NCBI GenBank assembly: GCA_964585425.1
Contig: CAZPDI010000001.1
Span: 4,804-68,803, forward strand
From: an uncultured Candidatus Saccharibacteria bacterium
Lineage (GTDB): Bacteria > Patescibacteriota > Saccharimonadia > UBA4664 > CAYXHD01
Direction of reading: 5' to 3'
Length of the DNA: 64,000 nt
This document shows, piece after piece, positions 10,012 through 20,848 of this stretch (positions are counted from its first letter, which is position 1; each line of letters begins with the position of its first letter). Both the position numbers and the translations under genes were made by a program. The notes under the pieces are model-generated. The model ran no database searches. It saw nothing but the letters and a program-made list of their open reading frames with translations, and was not told where the DNA came from.

Positions 10012-10269
10012 GTGACCAAAATCACGAACCGCAGCATCGCTCCTGCTGGCAGCATCTCCCAGATCGCTCAGCTCCACCAGGACGGAGAGATCGACCGCGA
10101 CCAGACCACTCAGGTGATCGAAGTGGTTGCGGAACATGCCGCAGAGGCGCCAAACACCTGTCCGCGCTGTCAGCGCGCCAACTGCCCAGTGACGAGGGGC
10201 GGCAACTGCCAGTTGCCAGACATGAAGGTGGTGGATCACCTGGTTCGTCAGCTGCAGACCTCCAACTGA
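10012..10269 (+). CDS. High-GC small zinc-ribbon-like protein
   Basis: GTG start 3 nt after AAAGAGG. CPRC-x4-C-x7-C cysteine arrangement. GC3 nearly 100%. Confidence 0.5.
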   Translation: MTKITNRSIAPAGSISQIAQLHQDGEIDRDQTTQVIEVVAEHAAEAPNTCPRCQRANCPVTRGGNCQLPDMKVVDHLVRQLQTSN

Positions 10270-10270
10270 T

Positions 10271-10320
10271 CTCGAGTCGGTCCTATGGGATCGAGGGGCG
10301 ACGAGGCTTGGCTTTGTCAC
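10271..10320. repeat. 3' box of cassette 1 (hairpin GGTCCtatGGGATC plus GGCTTGGCTTTGTCAC)
   Basis: The 11-bp core TTGGCTTTGTC is the reverse complement of GACAAAGCCAA in the 5' box. The extended region is an imperfect inverse of the 5' box. Confidence 0.55.
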
Positions 10321-10335
10321 CCCCTTATAAAATAG

Positions 10336-10364
10336 TTGACTTTACATGATTATTAAAGTATAGT
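10336..10364 (+). promoter_or_regulatory. Predicted sigma70 promoter for cassette 2
   Basis: TTGACT, 17-nt spacer, TATAGT, in an AT-rich spacer. Confidence 0.5.
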
Positions 10365-10403
10365 TATTGTCATGCTTGCATACGAAGTATGCGCGCACCT
10401 TAC

Positions 10404-10437
10404 GACAAAGCCAACAACTACACCGAAAGGGGTCCCG
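10404..10437. repeat. 5' box of cassette 2 (GACAAAGCCAAC..CCGAAAGGGGTCCCG)
   Basis: Copy of the 9978-10011 box, immediately before the ATG. Confidence 0.6.
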
Positions 10438-11169
10438 ATGGGATCTTCTGGAATTCTGGGGTTTCCCAAGGCTGCACACCGCGCCCCCACCATCAGCGAG
10501 GGGTACCAGGAGTACGTCGAGGAGATGACCGGCCTGGCCGTGTGCATGATCTGCGATAGCGGAACATGCCCCGGCGCCAGTGGACGCGCTTGCCCCTATG
10601 AACTCGACGTCTGCACCGTCTGCTGGCAGCTCGACTGCATTAGCGTCTTCGGTCACGACTGCCCTTCGGAGGAACGCTGCAACAACTGCGGTCACCTCCG
10701 GAACGAATTCGGCCATTACAGCAACTGCTCAATGCCCACAATGAAGCTGTGCGACGAGTGCGGGAGCGCAACCTGTCGCGTCAACCCGCCAAAGGAAATG
10801 CGAGAGGAGTACCCGTCGGACTACAATCCGTACTGGGATGACCACCACAGCATCTTCGATACGCTGGGCTGCCTCTTGGGTAGCCCGATCAGCGAGGAAG
10901 AACGGATCGCGGAAGAGATCGCATCGTGTTGGGCTCCGCGCACCGACCAGATGTCCCGAGATCGAGTACGGCAACAGATGCTGAGAACATGGATTGATCG
11001 TGATCTGGACAAAGCAGCTGAGGAAGCTCAGCAGCGCGCCGACCAGATGTCCCAGTCCATGCATCAGCTCACCGAGCTTGCGGACGACTACGACGACGGA
11101 CTGATCTCCGAGAACGTGGTTCTGATGCTCCTCCGGGCTGATCATCGCGGTGTACGGCTCTCCGGGTGA
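10438..11169 (+). CDS. High-GC cysteine-rich (multi-CxxC) protein with an acidic helical C-terminal half
   Basis: Start chosen at ATG 10438 right after the conserved 5' box. The longer 10372 start lies inside the AT-rich promoter. About 18 Cys in the first ~110 aa, in CxxC pairs. GC3 very high. Confidence 0.5.
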   Translation: MGSSGILGFPKAAHRAPTISEGYQEYVEEMTGLAVCMICDSGTCPGASGRACPYELDVCTVCWQLDCISVFGHDCPSEERCNNCGHLRNEFGHYSNCSMPTMKLCDECGSATCRVNPPKEMREEYPSDYNPYWDDHHSIFDTLGCLLGSPISEEERIAEEIASCWAPRTDQMSRDRVRQQMLRTWIDRDLDKAAEEAQQRADQMSQSMHQLTELADDYDDGLISENVVLMLLRADHRGVRLSG

Positions 11170-11209
11170 CCTTTGAGGGTCGGTGAGCGTCAAGGCTTGG
11201 CTTTGTCAC
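11168..11209. repeat. 3' box of cassette 2 (hairpin GACCtttgagGGTC plus GGCTTGGCTTTGTCAC)
   Basis: Same 16-nt core as 10305-10320, inverse of the 5' box. Confidence 0.55.
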
Positions 11210-11275
11210 TCACCTAAGTGTATATACACGATAAATACATTTAGGTGAGTATTATTAAGATAAACACAACTTCTA

Positions 11276-11304
11276 TTGACAAATAGGGTTTAGTTTGCTA
11301 TACT
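11276..11304 (+). promoter_or_regulatory. Predicted sigma70 promoter for cassette 3
   Basis: TTGACA, 17-nt spacer, TATACT. Confidence 0.5.
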
Positions 11305-11365
11305 TATGCGCAATCTGGTGGAACACCCATCCGATAGAACACAGACCACAACCCAAGGAAAGCCC

Positions 11366-12103
11366 ATGTCTCAGCTCGTCATCGTCCAGGGCCCCAAGCC
11401 CCGCACGTCCGCGGTGTCCGACAAGGATGCCCACAACCTCCGCCTCCAGGCGGACAAGGTGCTGGCCAGGCACCGCGGTGATCTCCCCCAGGAGATCGTC
11501 ACGCAGCTGACCAGCCCGATGCCCGGCATCGTGGGCATGGGACTGCACGACGCGGCCTCCTGGATCAAGCAGCGCACCGCCAACCTCAAGCTGCAGTACG
11601 TGCAGCAGCACCCCGACTGCGAGGCGGCCATGGCCCTCAAGACCCGAGTCGACAACGTCCTCAACGGCGAGTTCGGCGACAAGGTCAAAAAGAGCCTCGA
11701 CATGCGTGGTCAGCGCATCCTCGAGCTGGACCTGTACCAGATCTTGAGCACCGACCAGCTGAAGAGCTTCGCCCACTTCGTCAAGAAGGCCGAGGCAGTC
11801 GAGGGTCGCTTGCAGACCGAGAAGGCACGCAAGGCGGTGCCGGCCCAATCGCTCCAGATGCTGTTCCCGTCCAAGGAGAAGCGCGAGCGCAAGCCGAAGA
11901 AGGTCAAGCCGGCCTACGCCGGTCTCCCCGCACCGTCCACCGGGATCGTCACCGACTGGAAGAGCGACGTCGGCAGCGTCGGTGCCCCGAACCCCCAGGG
12001 TCCGGCGCCGGCACGCGGCGTCACCCTCCGCAAGTCCGACAAGGCTCGCGCCAAGGGAGTGAAGGGTGGTGGCGTCAAGACCCGTCCGGGGCGACGCAAC
12101 TGA
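11366..12103 (+). CDS. High-GC hypothetical protein with a lysine/arginine-rich C-terminal tail
   Basis: AAGGAAAG RBS. GC3 about 95% in this frame. The antisense ORF 11273..12130 is rejected as a GC artefact. C-terminal tail reads KEKRERKPKKVK...KARAKGVKGGGVKTRPGRRN. Confidence 0.5.
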   Translation: MSQLVIVQGPKPRTSAVSDKDAHNLRLQADKVLARHRGDLPQEIVTQLTSPMPGIVGMGLHDAASWIKQRTANLKLQYVQQHPDCEAAMALKTRVDNVLNGEFGDKVKKSLDMRGQRILELDLYQILSTDQLKSFAHFVKKAEAVEGRLQTEKARKAVPAQSLQMLFPSKEKRERKPKKVKPAYAGLPAPSTGIVTDWKSDVGSVGAPNPQGPAPARGVTLRKSDKARAKGVKGGGVKTRPGRRN

Positions 12104-12119
12104 CCAGTTGATCTGCGTT

Positions 12120-12154
12120 CCCCGAGTCATGACATCGTCGTCATGGCTCGGGGG
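12120..12154. terminator. Hairpin between convergent cassette 3 and uvrA
   Basis: CCCCGAGTCATGA ... TCATGGCTCGGGG inverted repeat. Confidence 0.35.
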
Positions 12155-12163
12155 ATCAACACT

Positions 12164-15016
12164 TTATGACTTATTAGAAAATATACGATTCAAGTAAATA
12201 CCGGTATGGCTGCCTTTTACTTTGGCGACTTTTTCGGGGGTACCTTCGGCTATAACGGTACCGCCACCAGCACCACCTTCGGGGCCCATGTCGACGAGCC
12301 AGTCGCTGGATTTGATGATGTCCAGATTATGTTCGATAATCAGCACTGAGTTACCAGTATCGACGAGACGGTTGAGAACCTGCAGGAGACGTCGGACGTC
12401 TTCGAAGTGCAGACCGGTAGTCGGTTCGTCGAGGATGTAGAGAGTTTTACCGGTGCTACGGCGGCTTAGCTCGGAGGCGAGTTTAATACGCTGAGCTTCG
12501 CCACCACTAAAGGTTGTGGCTGATTGACCGAGGTGAATATAGCCCAGGCCGACATCATTAAGGGTTTCGAACTTGCGGCGAATGGCTGGAATGTTTTCGA
12601 AGAACGCCACCGCTTCTTCGACAGTCATGTCCAAGACTTCGCTAATGTTTTTACCTTTATAACGAATTTCTAAGGCTTCACGGTTATAACGTTTGCCCTT
12701 ACATTCGTCGCAGGTTACATAAACGTCTGGCAAGAAGTGCATTTCGATCTTGATAATACCGTCACCACGGCAGACTTCGCAGCGCCCACCCTTGACGTTA
12801 AAACTAAAGCGCCCGGCTTTATACCCACGAATCTTGGCTTCGGGCGTGGATGCAAATAATTCACGAATGTTGCTAAAGACGCCAGTGTAGGTAGCCGGAT
12901 TAGATCGCGGTGTGCGACCGATTGGCGATTGATCAATACTGATGACTTTGTCCAGATTCTTGAGGCCTTCAATGTCATCGTGTTTGCCAGGAACATCGCC
13001 GGCTCGATGATATACTTGCGCGAGTTTCTTGGAAAGAATGTCGTTAATCAGGCTTGACTTACCAGAGCCCGACACACCGGTAACCGTCGTCATCATGCCC
13101 AGAGGCAATGATACATCGATGCCTTTAAGATTATGCTCGCGGGCATTTTTAATAACTAAGTGCTTGCCATTGCCTGGTCGGCGCTTTTTAGGTATCTCAA
13201 TTTTACGAGCACCACTAATGTACTGGCCGGTTAAACTTTCTTTAACTTTGGCAACTTCGTCTGGCGTACCGGCAGCCACCACGTTACCGCCGTGTTTACC
13301 AGCAGCTGGGCCGATATCGATCACGTAATCGGCCGTGCGGATAGTGTCTTCGTCGTGTTCGACGATAATGACGGTATTACCAAGATTGCGTAGACGCTCC
13401 ATGGTGACGATCAACCGATCATTGTCGCGTTGGTGCAGACCAATGCTTGGTTCGTCCAGGATGTAGAGTACGCCCATCAGACTGGAGCCAATTTGCGTAG
13501 CCAAACGAATACGCTGAGCCTCGCCACCAGCTAGGGTGTTAGCACTGCGATCAAGCGTAAGGTATTGCAGGCCAACATCCTGCAAAAAGCTCAGACGCGC
13601 GCAAATCTCTTTCATGATTTGTTTGGCAATCACTTGATCTTTTTCGCTAAGTTCCAAGCCATCGAAGAACTCTACAGCGTCGCCAATACTATAGGTTGTC
13701 ACATCCGCGATGTTTTTACCGTTGACGGTAACGGCCAACACTTCGGGCTTGAGGCGCTTGCCTTCACACACCGGACAAGGACGTTCGGCCATGTACTTTT
13801 CGATTTCCTTGCGCACAAAGTCACTATCGGTGTCATGATATCGTCGCTCCATATTGGGAATGACGCCCTCAAATGTTGACTGATAGGTACGGCCGCCTGG
13901 ACCGCGTACTGGAATCTTCTCGTCCCCTGTTCCGTACAAAATCGTCTTGAGGTCGTTGGGTTTCATGGCGTTTACGGGCGTATCAATACTAAATCTAAAC
14001 TTATTAGCCACACCATTGAGTAGTTTGGTATACCACGTCATCCGACTCGTAGTACGACTCCATGGGCGAATAGCTCCTTCGTTAATGCTGAGGCGACGAT
14101 TTGGGATGACAAGCTCAGGGTCAACTTCTAAGCGTATACCAAGTCCCGTACAGTGCGGGCAGGCACCATGCGGTGAGTTAAAACTAAAGTTACGGGGAGC
14201 AATTTCTGGAAAACTGATCTCGCGGTGCACCGGACAGGCAAAGTGCTCGCTAAAGTCTTTTTCTTCATCAGTATCCACAAAGTGAACCTTAACGATGCCG
14301 TCACCCAGGCCCAACGCTTGTTCCACCGATTCGCTCAATCGCTTAACGACATCTTCGGCAATAACCAATCGATCGACGATGGCCTCTACGGTGTGCTTTT
14401 TTTGTTTATCGAGATCCGGGAATTCATCAATATCATATAGAGTGCCGTTAACCCGCAAGCGCGAATACCCAGCTTTTTTAAGTTCTTGCACGACACCGCG
14501 ATGCTCGCCCTTTTTGTCGCTAACTACTGGCGCAATAATCATGATTTTAGAATCTTGCGGGGATTTCATGATTTGGCTCACAATTTGATCGGCCGATTGT
14601 TTGGTGACTTCGCGACCGCAGACGGGACAATGTGGCACGCCAACGCGCGCGTACAAAAGACGCAAATAATCATAAATTTCCGTAACGGTACCAACCGTAC
14701 TGCGCGGATTACGGCTCGACGATTTTTGATCAATAGAAATCGCTGGGCTCAGACCGTCAATTTGATCGACGTCTGGTTTTTCCATAAGACCCAAAAACTG
14801 CCGGGCGTAGGCACTTAGGCTCTCGACGTAACGGCGCTGACCTTCGGCATAAATGGTATCGAATGCCAAGCTAGACTTGCCTGATCCAGAAAGGCCAGTA
14901 ATAACGACCAGCTTATCGCGTGGAATCTCCACGTTAATATTTTTGAGATTATGCTCCCGGGCACCACGAACTACGATTTTGTCATGCATAACAGACGGTT
15001 CTCCACGGTGACTCAC
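12164..15016 (-). CDS. uvrA: Excinuclease ABC subunit A
   Basis: 950 aa. Two ABC ATPase modules with a Walker A (GLSGSGKSS and GVSGSGKSS) and zinc-finger CxxC pairs. Confidence 0.95.
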   Translation of the reverse strand: MSHRGEPSVMHDKIVVRGAREHNLKNINVEIPRDKLVVITGLSGSGKSSLAFDTIYAEGQRRYVESLSAYARQFLGLMEKPDVDQIDGLSPAISIDQKSSSRNPRSTVGTVTEIYDYLRLLYARVGVPHCPVCGREVTKQSADQIVSQIMKSPQDSKIMIIAPVVSDKKGEHRGVVQELKKAGYSRLRVNGTLYDIDEFPDLDKQKKHTVEAIVDRLVIAEDVVKRLSESVEQALGLGDGIVKVHFVDTDEEKDFSEHFACPVHREISFPEIAPRNFSFNSPHGACPHCTGLGIRLEVDPELVIPNRRLSINEGAIRPWSRTTSRMTWYTKLLNGVANKFRFSIDTPVNAMKPNDLKTILYGTGDEKIPVRGPGGRTYQSTFEGVIPNMERRYHDTDSDFVRKEIEKYMAERPCPVCEGKRLKPEVLAVTVNGKNIADVTTYSIGDAVEFFDGLELSEKDQVIAKQIMKEICARLSFLQDVGLQYLTLDRSANTLAGGEAQRIRLATQIGSSLMGVLYILDEPSIGLHQRDNDRLIVTMERLRNLGNTVIIVEHDEDTIRTADYVIDIGPAAGKHGGNVVAAGTPDEVAKVKESLTGQYISGARKIEIPKKRRPGNGKHLVIKNAREHNLKGIDVSLPLGMMTTVTGVSGSGKSSLINDILSKKLAQVYHRAGDVPGKHDDIEGLKNLDKVISIDQSPIGRTPRSNPATYTGVFSNIRELFASTPEAKIRGYKAGRFSFNVKGGRCEVCRGDGIIKIEMHFLPDVYVTCDECKGKRYNREALEIRYKGKNISEVLDMTVEEAVAFFENIPAIRRKFETLNDVGLGYIHLGQSATTFSGGEAQRIKLASELSRRSTGKTLYILDEPTTGLHFEDVRRLLQVLNRLVDTGNSVLIIEHNLDIIKSSDWLVDMGPEGGAGGGTVIAEGTPEKVAKVKGSHTGIYLNRIFSNKS

Positions 15017-15131
15017 ATGTCACGTTAGGCTCAAATTATACACAGTTTAGACGAACTTTACAAGTCTCTACAAGCGCTTTCAACAGATATAACTATGTCA
15101 AAAGTGTTCATTATGAATGACAATTTAGTTA

Positions 15132-15938
15132 TTACTTATTTGTAGCAAACTTTTCGTTATAGATGGCGCTGGCTCTATTCCCCATACGGTCTTGGATAGT
15201 TCGTAATTCTGTCCGAACGTCATCATTAACCTGTCGAATTTGTCGACGCACACCCTCGACCACATTCTGTCGTAGGTCCTGAGCAGATATGTCAAAACTG
15301 CTCCTATTACCAGCGTCAGTAATATCCAATGACCCCTGTTGAATTGCGGACAGTTGACTTGCGATAGCATCAATATCTTGTTCATACGAGTCAGCCGCAG
15401 AAGAAACTACAAATCGTAAATTATCTAATGCGCCGAACAATTGCGAATCATTATTACGATACGCTTGAGTATCGGTAGCTCGCAATAACGTGTCTGCACT
15501 GTCGCTGCCAAGTGTTTCGGTGACAAACAATTGTTTACGGACTTCTACGCTACCTGCCCTGGTATCCTTTGAAGGCTGATCTTTGTCAGGCTCCTCCATG
15601 TCTTTGACGGCGGTCTGAATTCGAGTAATTAAGCCTTTAATACTCGTTTCCAGTGAGGTACCATCTGCTAATTCTTGTAGTCGTGGCAATTCTTCGGCAG
15701 CTAACTTATGCAATGTGACGGCTTGCGCGGCGATCACCTCAGTAAACTGATTTACGTCATCTATTACTTGATTAAAATCATTTTGATACTCTCTGAGTAA
15801 GTCTTGGATCTTTTCTTCACTAAACTGGGTTACTTCTTCTGGGGCGGATTCAACAATAAGTTCGCTAGCGTCTACCGCTGGCGTTATTGCTTCGGAATGA
15901 TCTTCGTTTTCTGGTCCATTTGCTCCTTGTTCTGGCAT
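15132..15938 (-). CDS. Acidic coiled-coil hypothetical protein, translationally coupled to uvrB
   Basis: 268 aa, D/E/Q-rich. Start lies 4 nt after the uvrB stop, with an AAGGAG RBS inside the uvrB 3' end. Confidence 0.45.
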   Translation of the reverse strand: MPEQGANGPENEDHSEAITPAVDASELIVESAPEEVTQFSEEKIQDLLREYQNDFNQVIDDVNQFTEVIAAQAVTLHKLAAEELPRLQELADGTSLETSIKGLITRIQTAVKDMEEPDKDQPSKDTRAGSVEVRKQLFVTETLGSDSADTLLRATDTQAYRNNDSQLFGALDNLRFVVSSAADSYEQDIDAIASQLSAIQQGSLDITDAGNRSSFDISAQDLRQNVVEGVRRQIRQVNDDVRTELRTIQDRMGNRASAIYNEKFATNK

Positions 15939-15941
15939 CTT

Positions 15942-17921
15942 CTATCTCCTTTTGGCTTTCTTTAATTCTTTTAAATCGGCAATTTGATCGCGCAACGCAG
16001 CAGCTTTTTCGAACTGTAAATTTTCTGCCGCAAGATCCATTTGAGCGGTCAGTTCTTTAATAAGGCGACCACGCTCTTCCTGAGGTATTTCTTTAGTGTT
16101 GAGCTTTTGAATATCTTCGACCTCAGCTTCTTTTTCGGCCTGCATACGTTCGGCCAATGCCTTCTTGATTCCAGCTGGCGTGATGCCATGCTCTTTATTA
16201 TAAGCCTCTTGTCGCTCACGACGTTCACGAGTAGTGGTGATGGCTCGGTCCATAGATCCGGTAATGTTATCGGCATACATAATTACGCGACCTTCGACGT
16301 GACGTGCCGCACGCCCCATGGTCTGGATCAAGGCTGATTCACTACGCAGGAAACCTTCTTTATCGGCATCCATAATAGCGACGAGTGACACTTCGGGCAG
16401 ATCAAGCCCTTCTCGGAGAAGGTTAATACCGACTAGGACGTCGTATACGCCTAGTCGCAGATCATGAAGAATATCAGTTCGATCCAAGGTATGTACTTCG
16501 CTGTGGAGGTACTGAACTTTAATACCTGCTTCTTTGAGGTACTCGGTTAAATCCTCGGCCATGCGCTTAGTAAGGGTAGTCACTAATACGCGCTCGTGTT
16601 TGGCGATTGTGTCGCGGATCTCGCCCATAAGGTCATCAATCTGGCCTTTGATTGGGCGGACATCGATTATCGGATCAAGAAGGCCGGTGGGGCGAATTTC
16701 TTGCTTGGCGATTTGTTTACTGACGCTCAGTTCGTAATCACTAGGCGTGGCCGATACATAGATAGCCTTGTTGATATGACGATCGAATTCGGCAAAGTTC
16801 AGTGGGCGGTTATCCAGGGCACTGGGCAGGCGGAAGCCATAATCAACCAAGGTAGTTTTACGAGCCCGATCACCATTAAACATACCGCGGACCTGCGGAA
16901 TCGTGATGTGACTTTCATCCACAAACATTAAAAAGTCGTCCGGGAAATAATCGAGCAAAGTTGCTGGCTGCTCACCGGCTTCGCGATCGCTTAAGTAACG
17001 CGAGTAGTTTTCGATACCACTCACAAAGCCAGTTTGCTCCAGCATCTCCACATCAAAATTAGTGCGCTGTTCAATGCGCTGGGCTTCGATCAGTTTACCT
17101 TCTTGTTTGAACTTAGCAACTTGAATCTCGAGATCAGCCTTAATATTGGTAATGGCATTACGCAGCTTTTCCTGGGGCGTTACAAAGTGTTTACCCGGAA
17201 AGACCTTGAGGTTATCGAGCTTCTTAACTACTTCGCCGGTGAGGGGGTCAACTTGTTTGATGTCGTCAACTTCATCGCCGAAGAACTCGACGCGATAAGC
17301 TGTTTCCTCGCCAATCGGAAAAATGTCGACATTGTCGCCACGTACGCGGAAGGTACCACGATGAAAGTCGGTATCGTTGCGCGTATATTGAATATCCGTC
17401 AGTTGGCGGAGCATTTTGTCACGCTTACGGGCAGTCCCTTTTTGGATATCCATGGTTAGAGCGGTATAGTCGGCTACATTTCCTAGACCATAAATACAAC
17501 TCACACTGGCGATAATAATGACATCCTTACGAGTCAACAAGCTCATGGTTGCGGCGTGACGCAGTCGATCAATTTCTTCGTTAATCGACGAATCTTTTTC
17601 GATAAAGGTATCACTACGAGCAATGTACGCTTCCGGCTGGTAGTAATCGTAGTAGCTCACAAAGTACTGTACAGCGTTATCTGGGAAGAATTGCTTAAAT
17701 TCGCTATACAGTTGGGCTGCCAATGTTTTATTGTGACACAGGACCAACGTGGGCTTTTGTTGATCTTGAATAATATTAGCCATCGTAAACGTCTTACCCG
17801 AGCCAGTTACACCGAGTAAGGTTTGGTCGCGATAATTCTTTTGCAAACCATCTACCAGCTCGCCGATCGCTCGGGGCTGATCACCAGTCGGTTTGTAATC
17901 ACTTTTAAGGGTAAACTTCAT
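15942..17921 (-). CDS. uvrB: Excinuclease ABC subunit B
   Basis: 659 aa. Helicase motifs (GVTGSGKT), a beta-hairpin region and a C-terminal UVR domain. Confidence 0.95.
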   Translation of the reverse strand: MKFTLKSDYKPTGDQPRAIGELVDGLQKNYRDQTLLGVTGSGKTFTMANIIQDQQKPTLVLCHNKTLAAQLYSEFKQFFPDNAVQYFVSYYDYYQPEAYIARSDTFIEKDSSINEEIDRLRHAATMSLLTRKDVIIIASVSCIYGLGNVADYTALTMDIQKGTARKRDKMLRQLTDIQYTRNDTDFHRGTFRVRGDNVDIFPIGEETAYRVEFFGDEVDDIKQVDPLTGEVVKKLDNLKVFPGKHFVTPQEKLRNAITNIKADLEIQVAKFKQEGKLIEAQRIEQRTNFDVEMLEQTGFVSGIENYSRYLSDREAGEQPATLLDYFPDDFLMFVDESHITIPQVRGMFNGDRARKTTLVDYGFRLPSALDNRPLNFAEFDRHINKAIYVSATPSDYELSVSKQIAKQEIRPTGLLDPIIDVRPIKGQIDDLMGEIRDTIAKHERVLVTTLTKRMAEDLTEYLKEAGIKVQYLHSEVHTLDRTDILHDLRLGVYDVLVGINLLREGLDLPEVSLVAIMDADKEGFLRSESALIQTMGRAARHVEGRVIMYADNITGSMDRAITTTRERRERQEAYNKEHGITPAGIKKALAERMQAEKEAEVEDIQKLNTKEIPQEERGRLIKELTAQMDLAAENLQFEKAAALRDQIADLKELKKAKRR

Positions 17922-17944
17922 ACCCTAAGTATAGCACTGTCCAG

Positions 17945-19036
17945 TTAGTCTTTACCTATACCCTTGAGCACTACAGCGGTTTTGATTCCATCCGGTAATG
18001 GTTCTCCCTCGTGTCCCATTTCTGCCCAACGCAGTTGCATTCTTTCCTCAATATGACTAAGTCTTTCAGTTTTATCTTGATATATATTTCTAAACGATTC
18101 AGGGTCAGGATCCATTTTTGAACGCAAAAAAGGTGATACCACCTCTACTGCCAGCACGACTTTTATATAGGATTTTTCAGTAACGAGCTGTAATAGCTTC
18201 TTTAAGTAAACAGTTTCAGTTGCATCGACGCGCAATGTATATGTTAAATCAGGATATTGAAGATGAAGCTGATCAATTTGCTGCAAAGTTTCGTCATAGG
18301 TTAAAGAGTTAACGTCATCATAAACAATCGTCTCTGCATCGCGTAGCCCGACCTCGTCTAGTATTAAAGCCTCAGCATAACCTCGGTAACTGTCGTTTTC
18401 ACCGGTTTGTCTACGTTGACTCTGTAATTCCCTGCTGCGTAAGGCACTCATCATGTCAACCGGAGGTTCGCCAGTTTGCAAGCTATCCCCAGTAGTATAA
18501 ACTGATCTGTTACTCACATCTTCTTTAAAAACAATTTCAACTGGCCCATAACTTTGTGCCAGATCCTGCTCCCCCAGTAGATCTACATCTTCTAAAAAAC
18601 CATGGATGATTTCTGATCCGTCCTCCTGTCGTAATCCATATTTTTCCTCATAATCTCGACGAACTTTTTGATATGAGTCCATATTGGTACGCGCTCCGCC
18701 CTGGGTTATACCGGTATCGAAGAAAGATTTGAGATCACCACCTGAGTCAATTAATTTGTTAAAATTTTCTCTCGAGATACGGTGTGCCACACGCACAAAC
18801 GGCTCACGCTCTTGAGCTCTTTCGATGATCGTTTTAGCTACTTCAGAATCTTTTATTCCCCACTGTCGAGAAAACCCTGCAACATCATCAGGATATGGCC
18901 GTTGGATTTCTTGAGCCCGCTTTTCGGCACGCTCATGTCGGCCAACAATGAGCATGCCGTGTAGCTCTTGATTAAAATCCGGATTAGCAGAATCTTGATC
19001 ACCAAGCAGATTGTTATCTTGAAGTGTCTCAACCAT
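17945..19036 (-). CDS. Hypothetical protein
   Basis: 363-aa ORF in the uvrB operon context. No family recognised. Confidence 0.45.
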   Translation of the reverse strand: MVETLQDNNLLGDQDSANPDFNQELHGMLIVGRHERAEKRAQEIQRPYPDDVAGFSRQWGIKDSEVAKTIIERAQEREPFVRVAHRISRENFNKLIDSGGDLKSFFDTGITQGGARTNMDSYQKVRRDYEEKYGLRQEDGSEIIHGFLEDVDLLGEQDLAQSYGPVEIVFKEDVSNRSVYTTGDSLQTGEPPVDMMSALRSRELQSQRRQTGENDSYRGYAEALILDEVGLRDAETIVYDDVNSLTYDETLQQIDQLHLQYPDLTYTLRVDATETVYLKKLLQLVTEKSYIKVVLAVEVVSPFLRSKMDPDPESFRNIYQDKTERLSHIEERMQLRWAEMGHEGEPLPDGIKTAVVLKGIGKD

Positions 19037-19048
19037 ACGTCAAGTATA

Positions 19049-19615
19049 TCACTTCAGTTTTCGGTAGCGGTGATCGACCATTTGTGTGAGGCGGGAAACG
19101 AGGGTAGCCGGGTCATCGTCAAAGATGATTCCGGAGCGATTCCGTTTAGCTGCCTTGAGTACGGTTTCGACGGCGTCAGTCATGCCGCCAGACCCGACAA
19201 GCACACCCACTGGTGTTTTTTCTTCCAACGCGATCATGAGTTCGTTGAGGGTTCCAAGCCGTCCGCCGACCATTATTAAGGCGTCGCTAGATCGGACCAG
19301 CAATACATCGCGCCCCATGTAGCCAAAGCCCGTGTAAATGATGCTGCCATAAGCATCGGTTGGTAACTTATATTTATTGCGATGATCAATGCGGCTGGTA
19401 GCCGGCGAAAAGCCCAGACTGGTGACATAGTTGCTATCCTGATCATGGGCGGCTTTGGCGGCATAGTACGGTAAGCCGGTGGTAGCACCAGTTACAACTA
19501 CATGGCCCTGCTGAACAATTTGTACGCCCACAGCCTTGGCCAAGCCTTTGGCCAAATTAACACCATCACCCTTGGCTGCGCCTGACACGCAAATATTGTA
19601 TTTAAGTTTGGCCAT
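19049..19615 (-). CDS. TIGR00725 / LOG-like Rossmann-fold protein
   Basis: GAAKGDG..VVTGATTG..GGRLGTLNE pattern typical of the LOG/DprA-like SLOG fold. Confidence 0.55.
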   Translation of the reverse strand: MAKLKYNICVSGAAKGDGVNLAKGLAKAVGVQIVQQGHVVVTGATTGLPYYAAKAAHDQDSNYVTSLGFSPATSRIDHRNKYKLPTDAYGSIIYTGFGYMGRDVLLVRSSDALIMVGGRLGTLNELMIALEEKTPVGVLVGSGGMTDAVETVLKAAKRNRSGIIFDDDPATLVSRLTQMVDHRYRKLK

Positions 19616-20841
19616 TATAGTTCCTCCGGTTTAATAATTTCGTTATCTAGGCGCTCCAGAATCTGTTGCCGTAATACATCTGAGCCCATGTAGCGCGCAA
19701 AGACCTCGTTCCACAGACTTTCGCGAAAATGATAGCTATAGCGATCCTCAAAACTAACGCCGTTAGAGTAACCAAAGGCATTGTCTATAAGGTTAAAGCT
19801 AATGATACCGCCCTCCAGCTGCGTACCAATAAAATCCAGTCCTTGCCAAAATTTGAGCTGTGGATCGATATCAAACAATGCCTCATCTGCGGCCCGCCAA
19901 TGTAAGTCCTCGGGCTGAACATGCGGTTCAAAAATCTCGGGGTGCTGTTCGTCGCCGAGCTTGGCGAAGTAGCGCTGGATTACGCGCCAATGGACATGAT
20001 GATTGGCATGGATGGAGACCTTTGGCGTACCAGCGATCAAGGTCTTACTGAGTACCTCGCCAAAATTTTTCTTAGCCGAAATGAGCTTAAAGTAGGCGCT
20101 ATAGAGGCGAATCTCGTTATGATAATGCAGCAACATCGACAGTATCTTGAGTGGTGCGCCGGGCATGCGCTCCACCGTCATTGGCACCACACCAACTACC
20201 CCCATTTCTTTACTATGCGTTAAGTTATGAAGTTTTTTAGTTACAAAATGCTCGGCGACATCACCCCACTTGTGCGGATCAAAGACAATTACCTTAATCT
20301 GGCGCTCTTCAAAGTCGTCCGGCGTCATATGGTTATATATTTCGTTAAATTTATTAAGCCAGTCGGGAGTTTCGGCAAAGCGTAAGGCTACGAACAGCTC
20401 GGCAACATCCTCGTGTCGCAACAGGGTCTCGATGGAGTCGTACCCGAGTCGTCGCATGATTGTTGTGGGCGTAAACTCCGTAAGCAGCGTTTGAGCCACA
20501 GACTCCTTAAGCGCAAAACAAGTCCGCTCAATATTAGCCTGTTGCACCGTCTCGATGAGCTTTGGAATTAAGGTGGCCAACGTCTCGTCGTCTGGAGCCC
20601 CAACCACCTGCGCCAGTCGACGGTTATCATCTTTGGACCGCTGCATTAACGCCGCAAAGGCTTCTTGTGCAGTCGCTTGGGTAGTAAGGCCAAGTTCGGT
20701 CAAAACAGCGGCCGAGCGCGTGGCCAACTCCGCCAACAATTGTACGTCGGCACCAATGTGACCGCTGCGCTGCTCAAGCTCTTTGATGCTTTCGGTAAAT
20801 AACGGTTCTTTAGCTAGTAATAAATCTGCAAGCTTACTCAA
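19615..20841 (-). CDS. Hypothetical protein
   Basis: 408-aa ORF. No family recognised. Confidence 0.45.
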   Translation of the reverse strand: MSKLADLLLAKEPLFTESIKELEQRSGHIGADVQLLAELATRSAAVLTELGLTTQATAQEAFAALMQRSKDDNRRLAQVVGAPDDETLATLIPKLIETVQQANIERTCFALKESVAQTLLTEFTPTTIMRRLGYDSIETLLRHEDVAELFVALRFAETPDWLNKFNEIYNHMTPDDFEERQIKVIVFDPHKWGDVAEHFVTKKLHNLTHSKEMGVVGVVPMTVERMPGAPLKILSMLLHYHNEIRLYSAYFKLISAKKNFGEVLSKTLIAGTPKVSIHANHHVHWRVIQRYFAKLGDEQHPEIFEPHVQPEDLHWRAADEALFDIDPQLKFWQGLDFIGTQLEGGIISFNLIDNAFGYSNGVSFEDRYSYHFRESLWNEVFARYMGSDVLRQQILERLDNEIIKPEEL

Positions 20842-20848
20842 CGCAACC

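Noticed and set aside
11273-12130. 285-aa minus-strand ORF across cassette 3. Minus-strand ORFs 10342..10716 and 10729..11193 are similar.
   Set aside because: These are long antisense ORFs expected in GC-rich DNA. The plus-strand frames have GC3 near 100%, an RBS, a promoter and terminators in the right orientation.
9907-12160. Classical integron (intI/attI/attC) as the explanation for the cassette array
   Set aside because: No tyrosine recombinase, attI or attC-type sites of the usual form are visible in the 64 kb. Each cassette carries its own promoter, unlike integron cassettes. It is kept only as an analogy.
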